NCBI GenBank assembly: GCA_001776785.1
Contig: MFDF01000006.1
Location: 16,769 to 80,768, forward strand
DNA: 64,000 nucleotides
Source of the DNA: Candidatus Daviesbacteria bacterium RIFCSPHIGHO2_12_FULL_37_16
GTDB lineage: Bacteria > Patescibacteriota > Microgenomatia > Daviesbacterales > UBA10151
Reading direction: 5' to 3'
Shown: positions 29,042 through 38,534 of the stretch, piece after piece
How positions within the stretch are numbered: the stretch's first letter is position 1
How the letters are laid out: each line of letters begins with the position of its first letter
Position numbers and translations under genes: made by a program
Notes under the pieces: model-generated
Seen by the model: only the letters and a program-made list of their open reading frames with translations
Databases searched by the model: none
Told to the model about the DNA's origin: nothing

Positions 29042-29965
29042 GTGAAAATTTTCAAAAAAATTTTATTTGCTCCCCTATTTTTAATATTTTTAGCTTTTAG
29101 TTTATATCAGTCCTTGGGGCAATTTAATATAGATAGTGCATTAAGTTTTAATTTAATGCCTTTAATTTATCTTTGTATTTATTTAATACTGGCAAGCTTT
29201 TTTTATGTTTTATTTGTAATTTTTTCAAATGATTTAAAATATGCATCTCCATTTATAATTTTAGCTTCAATTATTACTATATTTCTATTTGATTTAAACT
29301 TAGCAGTAGTTTTAGGGTTTGGGGTTTTAGTAGTTTTCTTTGCAGGGTATTACCAGCTAACTCATAAATTAAAGACTTATATTACTTTCTCCCCTACTAT
29401 ACTTTTAATCCCATCAATAAAGCTTATTACTACATTATTAATATTAGTTTTATCTTTTGGATATTACCTTTCTATAAATAAAATTATAAAAGAAAAAGGA
29501 TTTGAGATCCCTGATGGTTTAATAGACACCACACTTAAATTTACAATGCCTTCCAGTAATTTAGATTTAGTTAAGGGTGATAAATATTTAGCCCAGATTA
29601 CCCAGGAGCAGATAGATTTTTTAAAGTCTAATCCCCAGCTTCTAGAGCAGCAGGGACTGGACCCATCCATTTTAGATAATTTATCAGTTTCTACCCCTGC
29701 CCCAAAAGCTACAAAAGTTCCTACAATTTCTAATGACTTGACCAAAAAATTAATAAAAGACCAATTTAATAAGATGCTTGAGCCTTATAAAGATTTTATT
29801 GCACCATTTTTGGCAATTTTATTTTTTATAACTTTACAATCTCTTTCCTCTCTTTTATCACTACTTTTATATCCTTTAGTTTCTTTACTTTTTTATATTT
29901 TAGAAAAGAGTGGGTTTATAAAGTTTGAGAAAGAAATGAGGGAAGTTAAAAAAATGGTGGTTTAG
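29042..29965 (+). CDS. Multi-pass membrane protein
   Basis: About 6 TM segments plus a soluble loop. Confidence 0.75.
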   Translation: MKIFKKILFAPLFLIFLAFSLYQSLGQFNIDSALSFNLMPLIYLCIYLILASFFYVLFVIFSNDLKYASPFIILASIITIFLFDLNLAVVLGFGVLVVFFAGYYQLTHKLKTYITFSPTILLIPSIKLITTLLILVLSFGYYLSINKIIKEKGFEIPDGLIDTTLKFTMPSSNLDLVKGDKYLAQITQEQIDFLKSNPQLLEQQGLDPSILDNLSVSTPAPKATKVPTISNDLTKKLIKDQFNKMLEPYKDFIAPFLAILFFITLQSLSSLLSLLLYPLVSLLFYILEKSGFIKFEKEMREVKKMVV

Positions 29966-32292
29966 ATTTTTAAGGGAGTCATTTCACCCCAGTTTGAGCC
30001 TGATTTTAGGTCAACTACTACTGGAATATCAAGTTTTAGGGCGTTTTCCATCTTCTCTTTTATTAATTTGGCAGTTTTTTCTAAATTTTTAGGGTTACAT
30101 TCAAAGAGAAGCTCATCATGAACCTGGAGAATGAGTCTACAGCTATCAGACCGCTCACTTTGTTCGCTGTCAGTCTTCAGATTTTTTTTATCTGATGACT
30201 GACGACTGACGACTGATAGCTCTCTCCCAATCTCTACCATGGCTTTTTTGATCATGTCTGCGCTAGTTCCCTGGATTGGGTGGTTGATGGCAGCCCGCTC
30301 CCCAAAAGATTTGAGCATCCTGTTGCCAGCCTGGAGTTCCGGGATATACCTTCTTCTGCCAGATAGAGTTTCTACAAACCCCATTTTATAACCAAACTCT
30401 AAAACACTGGCCATCCAGTTTCTAACTTTGGGGAATTGGGCAAAGTATTCTTCTATATAAAGCTTGGCTGTAGCATAGTCCACCTTTAGTTGCTGAGAGA
30501 GAGCCCTTGGGCCCTGTCCATAAAGGGTGGCAAAGTTCATGGTTTTTCCTACCATCCTCTGCTGTCTGGTAATCTGGTCTAAAGGGACATTAAAGATTTT
30601 TGAGGCTGTGATGGCATGGATATCCAAGCCTTCTTTAAAAGCTTTTTCTAAATTTTTATCCCCACTAAGGTGGGCTAAGATCCTTAGTTCAATTTGGGAA
30701 TAGTCAGCACCCAATAAAACTTTACCTTTAGGGGCAATGAGTACTCCAAGCGCTTTGCGCTTGTCCTCCTCTTGACCTTCGGCAATAAAAGCTTTTCTGA
30801 TTTCCCCACCCATTTCTCCTTTAACAGGAATATTTTGCAGGTTTGGGTTAGTTGAAGAGAGTCTGCCAGTAGCTGCTCCTTCTACATTAAAGGTTGAGTG
30901 GACCCGGGCGTCTATACCTACTGATTTGGGGAGGGCATCAATGTAGGTTGAGACCAGTTTAAAAAGAGTCCTGTATTCTAATAAAAGAGGGATTGAAGGG
31001 TGGGCTGAGGAGAGCTCATTTAAAGTTTGTTCATCTGTACTTCTTCCAGTTTTCGTTTTTCTGATCACAGGCAGATGGAGTTCATCAAATAAGACCTCTG
31101 AAAGCTGTTTTGGACTGTTAAGATTGAACTCATGTCCTATAAATGAGTAAATTTGTTTCTCTAAACCTAATAATCTGGCTTTTAAGTCTTTTCCTAATCT
31201 TTCTAAAAACTTAAGATCTATTAGTACCCCAGCTTCTGTCATCTTCTTTAGGACTGGTTCCACAGCCTGGTCTAAATCAGTAGTGTGCTGGTTTTGTATC
31301 CCCCTGTCATTGCGAGGAGTCCCGACTTCAGTCGTGGACGACGCGGCAATCTCTAAATCCAAACTAGATTGCTTCGCTGCGCTCGCAATGACGTTTGAAG
31401 AGCCTTTTAATGGATCAGATCCTGAGCCAGTGAGCCTTGTAATTAGGCTTTTAAATTCAAGCTCTTCAAAGACAGAAATAACCTTACCTTTATCATAGTC
31501 ATGGACTTTGCAGGCTGATAAATCAAGCTTAATAGGTGCTTTTAAATCTAATGTTGCTAGTTTTTTACTCAAAACTGCAGATTCAGCTCCCTCTGATAAT
31601 AATTTCTGCATTCTTTCTGGTAGAGTCTTTAGATTTTTAGGAATGTAGATTTTTTCCATTGAACCAAACTGGTTTATAAGTTTGGTGGCAGAAACTTCTC
31701 CAATGCCTGCTACTCCAGGGATGTTGTCTGATTGGTCCCCTGCTAAAGCTTTATAATCAATAATTTGTTTGGGTTCAAAGTTAAACCTGGCAAAGAATTC
31801 ATCCCTGCCATAAAGGCCAACATCTGTTAAAGTTTTTCTGGGCATTAAAATTTTTATTCTCTTGTCTATAATTTGCATAATGTCCCTGTCTCCTGTTAAA
31901 ACAATTACTTCCAGCTTTTTATCTTTTTCTACTGCCTGGCGGGCAAGGGTGCCTATTAAATCATCTGCTTCATAGCCATCTACTCCAAATTCAGGGATAT
32001 TTAAAGCATTAATTACCTGGTGGACCCTGTCATACTGGCTGTGAAGGCTGTCATCTGTTGGGCCCCTGGTAGCTTTATATTGAGTGTAAGCAGCATGCCT
32101 GAAGGTTGGAGCAGCTTTGTCCCAGGCTATAGCCATAAAGTCAGGAGTGAGATCATCCCAGCATTTTAAAAGCATATTTGTTAAACCTAAAACTGCATTA
32201 ATTAACTCACCTTTTGAGGTGGTTAAAGGAGGGGTGGCATGATAAGCTCTGTGGAGCAGTGCATTTCCATCTACAAGAACTAACCTTTTCAT
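29962..32292 (-). CDS. polA: DNA polymerase I (5'-3' exonuclease + polymerase; no 3'-5' exonuclease domain)
   Basis: VDGNALLHRAYHA, EADD, GD.SDNIPGV, TGRLSS..PNLQNIP, ADYSQIELR and QVHDEL. Confidence 0.97.
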   Translation of the reverse strand: MKRLVLVDGNALLHRAYHATPPLTTSKGELINAVLGLTNMLLKCWDDLTPDFMAIAWDKAAPTFRHAAYTQYKATRGPTDDSLHSQYDRVHQVINALNIPEFGVDGYEADDLIGTLARQAVEKDKKLEVIVLTGDRDIMQIIDKRIKILMPRKTLTDVGLYGRDEFFARFNFEPKQIIDYKALAGDQSDNIPGVAGIGEVSATKLINQFGSMEKIYIPKNLKTLPERMQKLLSEGAESAVLSKKLATLDLKAPIKLDLSACKVHDYDKGKVISVFEELEFKSLITRLTGSGSDPLKGSSNVIASAAKQSSLDLEIAASSTTEVGTPRNDRGIQNQHTTDLDQAVEPVLKKMTEAGVLIDLKFLERLGKDLKARLLGLEKQIYSFIGHEFNLNSPKQLSEVLFDELHLPVIRKTKTGRSTDEQTLNELSSAHPSIPLLLEYRTLFKLVSTYIDALPKSVGIDARVHSTFNVEGAATGRLSSTNPNLQNIPVKGEMGGEIRKAFIAEGQEEDKRKALGVLIAPKGKVLLGADYSQIELRILAHLSGDKNLEKAFKEGLDIHAITASKIFNVPLDQITRQQRMVGKTMNFATLYGQGPRALSQQLKVDYATAKLYIEEYFAQFPKVRNWMASVLEFGYKMGFVETLSGRRRYIPELQAGNRMLKSFGERAAINHPIQGTSADMIKKAMVEIGRELSVVSRQSSDKKNLKTDSEQSERSDSCRLILQVHDELLFECNPKNLEKTAKLIKEKMENALKLDIPVVVDLKSGSNWGEMTPLKI
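30141..30221. repeat. 7-mer-based hairpin element, in frame within polA
   Basis: Inverted ends agctatcag...ctgatagct and a ctgatga-ctgacga-ctgacga-ctgatag tandem. 81 bp. Confidence 0.8.
30733..30786. repeat. 48-bp in-frame insert with a 6-bp direct repeat in polA
   Basis: ggcaat at 30733 and 30781 brackets the hairpin caagcgc-ttt-gcgcttg. Confidence 0.75.
31306..31392. repeat. 87-bp palindromic element, in frame within the polA linker
   Basis: 11-bp terminal inverted repeat GTCATTGCGAG...CTCGCAATGAC. Confidence 0.9.
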
Positions 32293-32316
32293 GAAGTGAT
32301 TTTAACAGATTTTGAA

Positions 32317-32895
32317 CTAAAAAAGCGGGATGTTTCTGAATCTTGGATCATTTCTGGTTTTTCTTCTTGAGAGCGGACCTGAGACTTTTAGGGGGACTTC
32401 TAATTCATCACTGCCTACTCCATGGACATTGAATGGCCTTGGTCCAACCATTACCTTGATTGCCTGGTCTGGATAAATATTAATCCTGCATGCATCTAAG
32501 AAAGCTCTATCTAATTCTTTCCAGGCAGGAGACCAGCCATATCTCCATGACTCTAAATCTTGTAATCTAGTGGAGCCTATTCTTTCAAGATCAGGCTGGA
32601 TAACCCTTATTTGATCCCATCCAAATTTCCATCTGCCTTCCATAGCAATACCACTTAGAAACCTTAATCTGCCCCTTAATAACTTAAATGCCTTTGGATT
32701 CCCTTCAAAACGGGTGCCTATATAATCTTGCGGATAATCCATTCTATACCACTCCCAGCCATGAGATTTTGTTTCACCAATCCAGCCATAATTCCAAAGT
32801 TCTAATGCATTGCGCAAAGCACTGTCAAAGGGGTTGGTGGGATTTGGTCCATATTCCCAGTAGTGTTTGAATTGTTCTGCTCTTTCTAGTGACAT
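32317..32895 (-). CDS. Hypothetical Trp/Arg-rich protein
   Basis: 192-aa ORF with an SD-free leader. No motif recognised. Confidence 0.65.
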   Translation of the reverse strand: MSLERAEQFKHYWEYGPNPTNPFDSALRNALELWNYGWIGETKSHGWEWYRMDYPQDYIGTRFEGNPKAFKLLRGRLRFLSGIAMEGRWKFGWDQIRVIQPDLERIGSTRLQDLESWRYGWSPAWKELDRAFLDACRINIYPDQAIKVMVGPRPFNVHGVGSDELEVPLKVSGPLSRRKTRNDPRFRNIPLF

Positions 32896-32907
32896 AAAAG
32901 GAGAGTA

Positions 32908-33651
32908 TTACTGCAAAGTCTTGAAAATTCCAAATGGATATTCTACAGGATTTCCTTTATAACCATACCTGGTGATGTGATACATAGACCTTAACATCTT
33001 TATTGCATAATTTCTTCTGCCCTCTAAAACATACCTTCTGACTGAGGTATACATCTTCGAGCTTTTTAAATAGATAAACTTGCCCCCTACTTTGGCAATT
33101 TTCTGAATAATTTCTGAATCCTCACCTAGATAGATATCCTCTGCATATCCTCCAACTTTTAGGAATATATCCCTTCTTATATACTGATTCATGCCATTAG
33201 CCATGGGCCAGAAGGGTTTGATCAGGGCAAAAACAGAGTTCATTCCATAAAAAAAGATCTTATCTTTCCATAAATCAGAGAGTGGATAATTAAAAGCTGC
33301 TGCAGAGTCAGGCTTTTTTTTATAAATTTCCTCCATATATTTTTCCAGGGTATTAGGAGAAAGCATAAGCATGTCTGCATCCATAAATAAAAGGTGGTTT
33401 GAGATTGTGGATTTTGCCCCAATATTTCTTTGTTTGGCTGCAGTTGACCTTTTAACTTTTAAAATTTTAATCTGGCTTAGATAAAACTTTCTTTTTTCTA
33501 TTTCTTCTATAGTGGCGTCAGAGGAGTTTGCATCAACCACACAGATTTCTTTTGGGTGGACAGATTGGAAATATATAGAGTCCAAAAGTCTGCCTATAAA
33601 CTTTTCCTCATTGAGGGTGGGTATTACTATTGCAAGGTCAATTGTTTTCAT
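32908..33651 (-). CDS. Glycosyltransferase family 2
   Basis: IVIPTLNEE, VVD..S.D.T, QRN.GA, FMDAD and GED. Confidence 0.93.
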   Translation of the reverse strand: MKTIDLAIVIPTLNEEKFIGRLLDSIYFQSVHPKEICVVDANSSDATIEEIEKRKFYLSQIKILKVKRSTAAKQRNIGAKSTISNHLLFMDADMLMLSPNTLEKYMEEIYKKKPDSAAAFNYPLSDLWKDKIFFYGMNSVFALIKPFWPMANGMNQYIRRDIFLKVGGYAEDIYLGEDSEIIQKIAKVGGKFIYLKSSKMYTSVRRYVLEGRRNYAIKMLRSMYHITRYGYKGNPVEYPFGIFKTLQ

Positions 33652-33684
33652 AAACTGACTGGACAGTGTTACAATTTTATCACA

Positions 33685-34761
33685 ATGCGCAAAATTTTAG
33701 TCTTTTATTCAAAAACAGGCTCAGGACACTTAAGGGCTGCCCAGGCTTTAAAAGAGGAGATTGAGGCTAATCCGCCAGCTGGCGTAAGTATAGAGGTGGT
33801 CTTACAAGAGGGTTTGGGCAAAGCCAGGATGGGGGTAAAAACTGACCCAAGTTTTGCTTATGCTTTATTTTCTTCTAAGCTCCAGGGGTTTTATAACTTT
33901 ATCTATGTAGTTACCAACAACAAACTTGGGGTAAAACTTTTAAGGCTTTTTATAAGAGGGGTTTGGGGGAAGAATTTAAGACAGATTATAGATTCTGAAA
34001 AACCAGATTTGATAATTACAACCCACCATCATATATCCCCCCAAACTGTTGGGAGGAGCAAACACAAGGCCCCATTTATAAATATAGTGACAGATTTAGG
34101 GTATCCTCACATTATCTGGTTTGATAAAAATTTAGACAAAATTATCACTCCAACTGAAGTTATAAGCAAATATGCTCAGGCTTTAACAAAAGGCCAAAGT
34201 AATAAAATTGTGCATATTGATTACCCACTTAAAAACCACTTTAAAACTATTAAAAAAGAGGGGTTTTCTAATACTTTATTAGTTTTAGGGGGAGGGTTAG
34301 GGAGTGGAAATATTAAAAAGCAGGTTGAAGTGCTTTTGGATAATTTTCCCAGCAAAAAGATAGTAGTAGTTTGCGGGGAGAATAAAAAATTATTTAAAGA
34401 ACTGGATTCCCGCTTATCGGCTGGGAATGACAATTTAGAAGTACATGGGTATGTTGACCACTTAATGGAGCTTTATCAGGAGGCAGATATTATTTTAACC
34501 AAAGCAGGGCCAGGGACAATAGTTGAGTGTGCTGTTTTAAAAAAACCTCTAATAATTACTTCGTGGATTGGGATGCAGGAGAAGGATAATGTGGATTTTG
34601 TGGTAGATAACCACTTAGGAGTTTATGTACCTGATCCAAGAAAACTTCCAGGGGCAATAAACAGGGTTTATGCCAGTTATGATAAATACACCCAGGGTAA
34701 TTCCCTATTTTCAGATGGGACTAAAAAAATAGTTGAGTATATATTAAAAGGATATAGTTAA
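33685..34761 (+). CDS. MGDG-synthase/UgtP-like glycosyltransferase (GT28)
   Basis: TGSGH.RAA.AL, PDLIITTH, IVTD, GGG.GSG, TKAGPGT and QE..N. Start moved to MRKILVF. Confidence 0.88.
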   Translation: MRKILVFYSKTGSGHLRAAQALKEEIEANPPAGVSIEVVLQEGLGKARMGVKTDPSFAYALFSSKLQGFYNFIYVVTNNKLGVKLLRLFIRGVWGKNLRQIIDSEKPDLIITTHHHISPQTVGRSKHKAPFINIVTDLGYPHIIWFDKNLDKIITPTEVISKYAQALTKGQSNKIVHIDYPLKNHFKTIKKEGFSNTLLVLGGGLGSGNIKKQVEVLLDNFPSKKIVVVCGENKKLFKELDSRLSAGNDNLEVHGYVDHLMELYQEADIILTKAGPGTIVECAVLKKPLIITSWIGMQEKDNVDFVVDNHLGVYVPDPRKLPGAINRVYASYDKYTQGNSLFSDGTKKIVEYILKGYS

Positions 34762-34780
34762 GGGAATTTCTCCACTCCAG

Positions 34781-34862
34781 TCGAAGAGAATGAATTCTTT
34801 TTTGTTCGAGCGCAGCCGAGAACTACAAAATGTACTTCTCGACTCACTTCGTTCGCTCGAAG
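34781..34862. repeat. Intergenic palindromic element (ttcgagcg...cgctcgaa type)
   Basis: ttcgagcgcagccgagaac...ttctcgactcacttcgttcgctcgaa, between convergent genes. Confidence 0.75.
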
Positions 34863-34875
34863 AGGAAGTGAGAGG

Positions 34876-35082
34876 TTAAGCTTTTAACTCAGACTGTTTA
34901 ACTATTTCTGAATAGACTCCATTATTTTTAAGTAACTGGGAGTGGGTGCCTTTTTCTACCAGCCTGCCCCTTTCCATGACTATAATCTGGTTTGCCCGCT
35001 GGACTGTTGAGAGCCTGTGGGCAATGACTATTTTAGTAATTGAGCGCTGCTTTGAGATATCCTCCAGGGCTTTTTGAATCAA
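34876..35082 (-). pseudogene. C-terminal fragment of an ABC transporter ATPase
   Basis: IAHRLSTV..AN.I.VM..G..VEKGTH..LL...GVY. No Walker A/B motifs, and the fragment abuts the ftsH stop. Confidence 0.8.
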
Positions 35083-35083
35083 G

Positions 35084-37009
35084 CTATGCTAGTATTGGGG
35101 TTTGGGTGGATCTTGGGACTGAGCCTCTTTTTTTACCCACAATACTCTCAAATTCATCTGTATCTAAGGTTTCTATATCTAAAAGAGCTTTGGCAACTTT
35201 ATCTAAGTTGTGCCTGTTTTTCTTTAAGATAACTTTAGCCTGGGCATAACCTGTGTCTATTATTTTTTTAACCTCTGCATCTATTTTTGACTGCATAGAT
35301 TCTGAAATATCAGTACCCTCTTCCCCTCCCCTGTACATGCCAAACATTGAGCGGGGCTTAATATTTATCGGACCTATGGATGACATCCCATATTCCATGA
35401 CCATATCCCTGGCAATTGAGGTTGCAACTTCTAAATCATTGGCTGCGCCTGTTGAAACATCTGTAAAGACCAGCTCTTCTGCAGCCCTTCCACCTAAGGC
35501 TGTAGAGATCTGTTCAAGTAACCTTGATTTTGTTTCATTTGACCTATCCTCTGTTGGAGGAAACATAGTGTGGCCCCCAGACATTCCCCTGGAGACTATG
35601 GTGATCCTGTGGACCGGGTCTACATTTGGCAGGTTGTGGCCAACTATAGCATGACCTGCTTCATGGTAGGCTGCTAAGGACCTATCCCTTTCAGACTGCA
35701 TCCTTTTTCTTTGGGGACCTAGTTTTACTTTGGTTGCAGCTTCTTCCAAGTCTTTATTATCAATTTCTTTTTTAGCCTCCCTGGCAGCTAGAATTGCAGC
35801 CTCATTTAACATGTTAGCCAAATCTGCTCCAGAAAACCCTACAGTTCTTCTGGCTATTCTTTCTACATCTACATCTTTAGTAAAGGGTTTTCCCTTCATA
35901 TGAAGTCCAATTATGGCTTTTCTTTCAAATAGGTCGGGCATGCCAATAACTACCCTCCTGTCAAACCTTCCTGGCCTAACCAGTGCTGGGTCTAATAAAT
36001 CTGGCCTGTTGGTTGCACCAATGACTATGACTGATTCATTTGGGGCAAACCCATCCATCTCTACTAAAATCTGGTTTAAGGTCTGTTCCCTTTCATCATG
36101 GCCTCCTGAGAAGCCCTGGCCCCTCATCCTGCCAATAGATTCAATCTCATCAATAAAAATTATTGAGGGGGCATTTTTTTTAGCAGTTGCAAACATATCC
36201 CTGACCCTGGCTGCACCCACTCCAACTAACATTTCCATAAATTCTGAGCCTGCAATAGAGAAAAATGGGACACCTGCCTCACCTGCAACACTTCTTGAAA
36301 GCAGGGTTTTTCCAGTTCCCGGAGGCCCTACTAAAAGCACGCCTTTAGGGGTCCTGGCTCCAATCTCTTTATATTTTCCGGGGTTTTTCAAAAAATCAAC
36401 AACCTCAGAAAGCTCCTGCTTGGCTTCATCTACACCTGCCACATCTGTAAATTTAACCTGAGGGGCATCTTTAGAATAAAGCTTTGCCCTTGACTGGCCA
36501 AAAGAGAATATTCCCTGGCCTGCATCTTTGGCCTGCCTGAAGATAAAGAAAAAGAGGATGACCATAACTAAAACCGGGAGTAGGGTTCCAAGCAAAGCAA
36601 ACCAGCCCTGCTGCCAGGACATATCTTTTATTTCTATATTGACTGTTTTTGGGTCAACATCTGAGTTTTTTAAAACCTGATAGATAGATTCCCCTGGTTC
36701 TTTTCTGGTGGAGGCTACTTTGCCATCTTTATAATTTACACTGACTTTATCTCCTTCTAAATCCAGTTTTTGGACTTTTTGGTCTTTTACATCCTGGACA
36801 GCCTGAGAGAGAGGGATCTGATCACCAGTTTTTGTGCCACCAGAAAGTCCTGCAAAAAAGACCAGGGCTGCCAGGGTAATAAGTACATAGACTGCAATTC
36901 CCCTTAAAAAACCTATAAATTTATTTGGGGCCCCATTTTTGCCTTTTTGGGATGAAAATGGGTTTTTTGCTTTTATTGGGAGCTTGAATTTAGCATTTGA
37001 GTTTGCCAT
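35084..37009 (-). CDS. ftsH: ATP-dependent zinc metalloprotease FtsH
   Basis: Two TM segments, GPPGTGKT, FIDEIE, RPGRFDR and HEAGH. Likely start MANSN. Confidence 0.98.
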   Translation of the reverse strand: MANSNAKFKLPIKAKNPFSSQKGKNGAPNKFIGFLRGIAVYVLITLAALVFFAGLSGGTKTGDQIPLSQAVQDVKDQKVQKLDLEGDKVSVNYKDGKVASTRKEPGESIYQVLKNSDVDPKTVNIEIKDMSWQQGWFALLGTLLPVLVMVILFFFIFRQAKDAGQGIFSFGQSRAKLYSKDAPQVKFTDVAGVDEAKQELSEVVDFLKNPGKYKEIGARTPKGVLLVGPPGTGKTLLSRSVAGEAGVPFFSIAGSEFMEMLVGVGAARVRDMFATAKKNAPSIIFIDEIESIGRMRGQGFSGGHDEREQTLNQILVEMDGFAPNESVIVIGATNRPDLLDPALVRPGRFDRRVVIGMPDLFERKAIIGLHMKGKPFTKDVDVERIARRTVGFSGADLANMLNEAAILAAREAKKEIDNKDLEEAATKVKLGPQRKRMQSERDRSLAAYHEAGHAIVGHNLPNVDPVHRITIVSRGMSGGHTMFPPTEDRSNETKSRLLEQISTALGGRAAEELVFTDVSTGAANDLEVATSIARDMVMEYGMSSIGPINIKPRSMFGMYRGGEEGTDISESMQSKIDAEVKKIIDTGYAQAKVILKKNRHNLDKVAKALLDIETLDTDEFESIVGKKRGSVPRSTQTPILA

Positions 37010-37046
37010 CTGCCAAATATACCACAAACTGAGCCTAAAAGCTAGA

Positions 37047-37649
37047 CTAATAAAGAGTAGGGGGCCTTAAATATTCTCTTAAAGGTCCGGCATTAGAACA
37101 GTCCCTTAATCTCTTCATACCATCAATTGTAATTTGCCGTGCACGCGTTGCTGAAGTTCCTAAAACTTCCAAGCCAACTTCTTCATAAGTTCTTAACATT
37201 CCATCAGCAAGTCCAAATCTGAATATTATTGCATCTACAGCCCTTGGATGTAGCACTGTCAAACCCCACCTTGCATCTTCTGCTTTATCTTGTTTTACTA
37301 AACAGGGATCTATTGTTGTACATTTAAGAAAGACTGTTACCAGATCCTGCTGTAATTGTCTAAACCTGTTATTATCCAGTTTTTCTACTCTTTCGTTAAA
37401 AGTTTCCTCTAAGAGATCCCTATAGCAAGGTTTAATTACATCAATTTCATCATCTTCAATGTCCATTAATCCCTGGACGCGGGCCTTAAATGAAGCTAAA
37501 TAGACATCTAGTTCTGTCCTTAAATCTTTAACTCTGTAAATCTGGGACGAGGTTTTAATTTCTGCACCTGGAATGTTCCTTGCAGTTTCCAGTAGCTGCT
37601 CCTGAGAACCTTCAGGAACCCATATTCTTAAATTAATTTCAGGACTCAT
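37047..37649 (-). CDS. Protein with a C-terminal sigma-70 region-4-like HTH
   Basis: L.PR...I..RFGL.DG..RT.EEVG......R.RQI.......LR. Confidence 0.7.
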   Translation of the reverse strand: MSPEINLRIWVPEGSQEQLLETARNIPGAEIKTSSQIYRVKDLRTELDVYLASFKARVQGLMDIEDDEIDVIKPCYRDLLEETFNERVEKLDNNRFRQLQQDLVTVFLKCTTIDPCLVKQDKAEDARWGLTVLHPRAVDAIIFRFGLADGMLRTYEEVGLEVLGTSATRARQITIDGMKRLRDCSNAGPLREYLRPPTLY

Positions 37650-37686
37650 AGTATTGAATTATTACCTTTGCTGATAAAAAAGTCAA

Positions 37687-38022
37687 TTATCTAATTTTAG
37701 AACCATTGGGGACTTTTTTGGAGGGTTTGAGTATGACAGGTTTGTCTTCACCCACTGCCAGAAGCATGCCCTGAGACTGCAATCCCATCATTAACCTTGG
37801 TTCTAAGTTTGTGACATAGACAAATTGTTTTCCAACCAAAGAGTCAGGTTTATACCATTTTTTAATTCCTGAAAGGATCTGGCGCTTTTCATCCCCAAAA
37901 TCCACAATCTGTTTAATCAATTTATCTGAACCTTCTACTTCTTCAGCTTCTAAAACAGTCCCAACTCTCATTTCCAGTTTTACAAAATCATCAATTGTGG
38001 CCATGTCTTTTGTATTCTCCAT
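37687..38022 (-). CDS. Stand-alone tRNA-binding OB protein (MetG C-terminal/Trbp111-like)
   Basis: DDF.KLEMRVG.V, GSDKL, RQILSGI and NLEPR.MMG..SQGM. Confidence 0.92.
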   Translation of the reverse strand: MENTKDMATIDDFVKLEMRVGTVLEAEEVEGSDKLIKQIVDFGDEKRQILSGIKKWYKPDSLVGKQFVYVTNLEPRLMMGLQSQGMLLAVGEDKPVILKPSKKVPNGSKIR

Positions 38023-38500
38023 AATATTTTGGATTTAGTAGTTCGTCAATTGGATAGCTTCTGCCTCCATCTAGACAAGCTTCTTGAACATAATAGTTCA
38101 TTTCTCTGTTTTTATCTGGAGAGAGCATTGACCCTAAAAATCCAAATTCCACCATTGCATCTTCTGCCTCATGAATAATCAATCCTACTGCCAGACCATG
38201 AACATATTCAACAGTGATTACTCCTCCCTTTTTCCAGCTGTAAACCTTTTTTAGCTTTTTATCATATTCATTGTATGTAGGAAAATTCAAAGCTATTTGG
38301 TCTGTTCTGGGAAAAAGTTTTGTTTCTACAACATGATGTTCTTCAAAAGTTATATCACTATAGTTAATTTCTACATAAGGACCTCTATACCTTAAACTGT
38401 TTTTACCTTCTTCAATGCTGCCCATAAAGAGTTCTACAGTTATAATTTCATATTGATTTCCTTGAGAATTTGATCGCTGAACAGGTTCTTCTTCCTTCAT
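37991..38500 (-). CDS. Hypothetical protein
   Basis: 169-aa ORF with TATAAT 9 nt upstream. Confidence 0.65.
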   Translation of the reverse strand: MKEEEPVQRSNSQGNQYEIITVELFMGSIEEGKNSLRYRGPYVEINYSDITFEEHHVVETKLFPRTDQIALNFPTYNEYDKKLKKVYSWKKGGVITVEYVHGLAVGLIIHEAEDAMVEFGFLGSMLSPDKNREMNYYVQEACLDGGRSYPIDELLNPKYYGEYKRHGHN

Positions 38501-38534
38501 AGATGTGAGATTATAGGCTTTTTAAAAAAGAACT

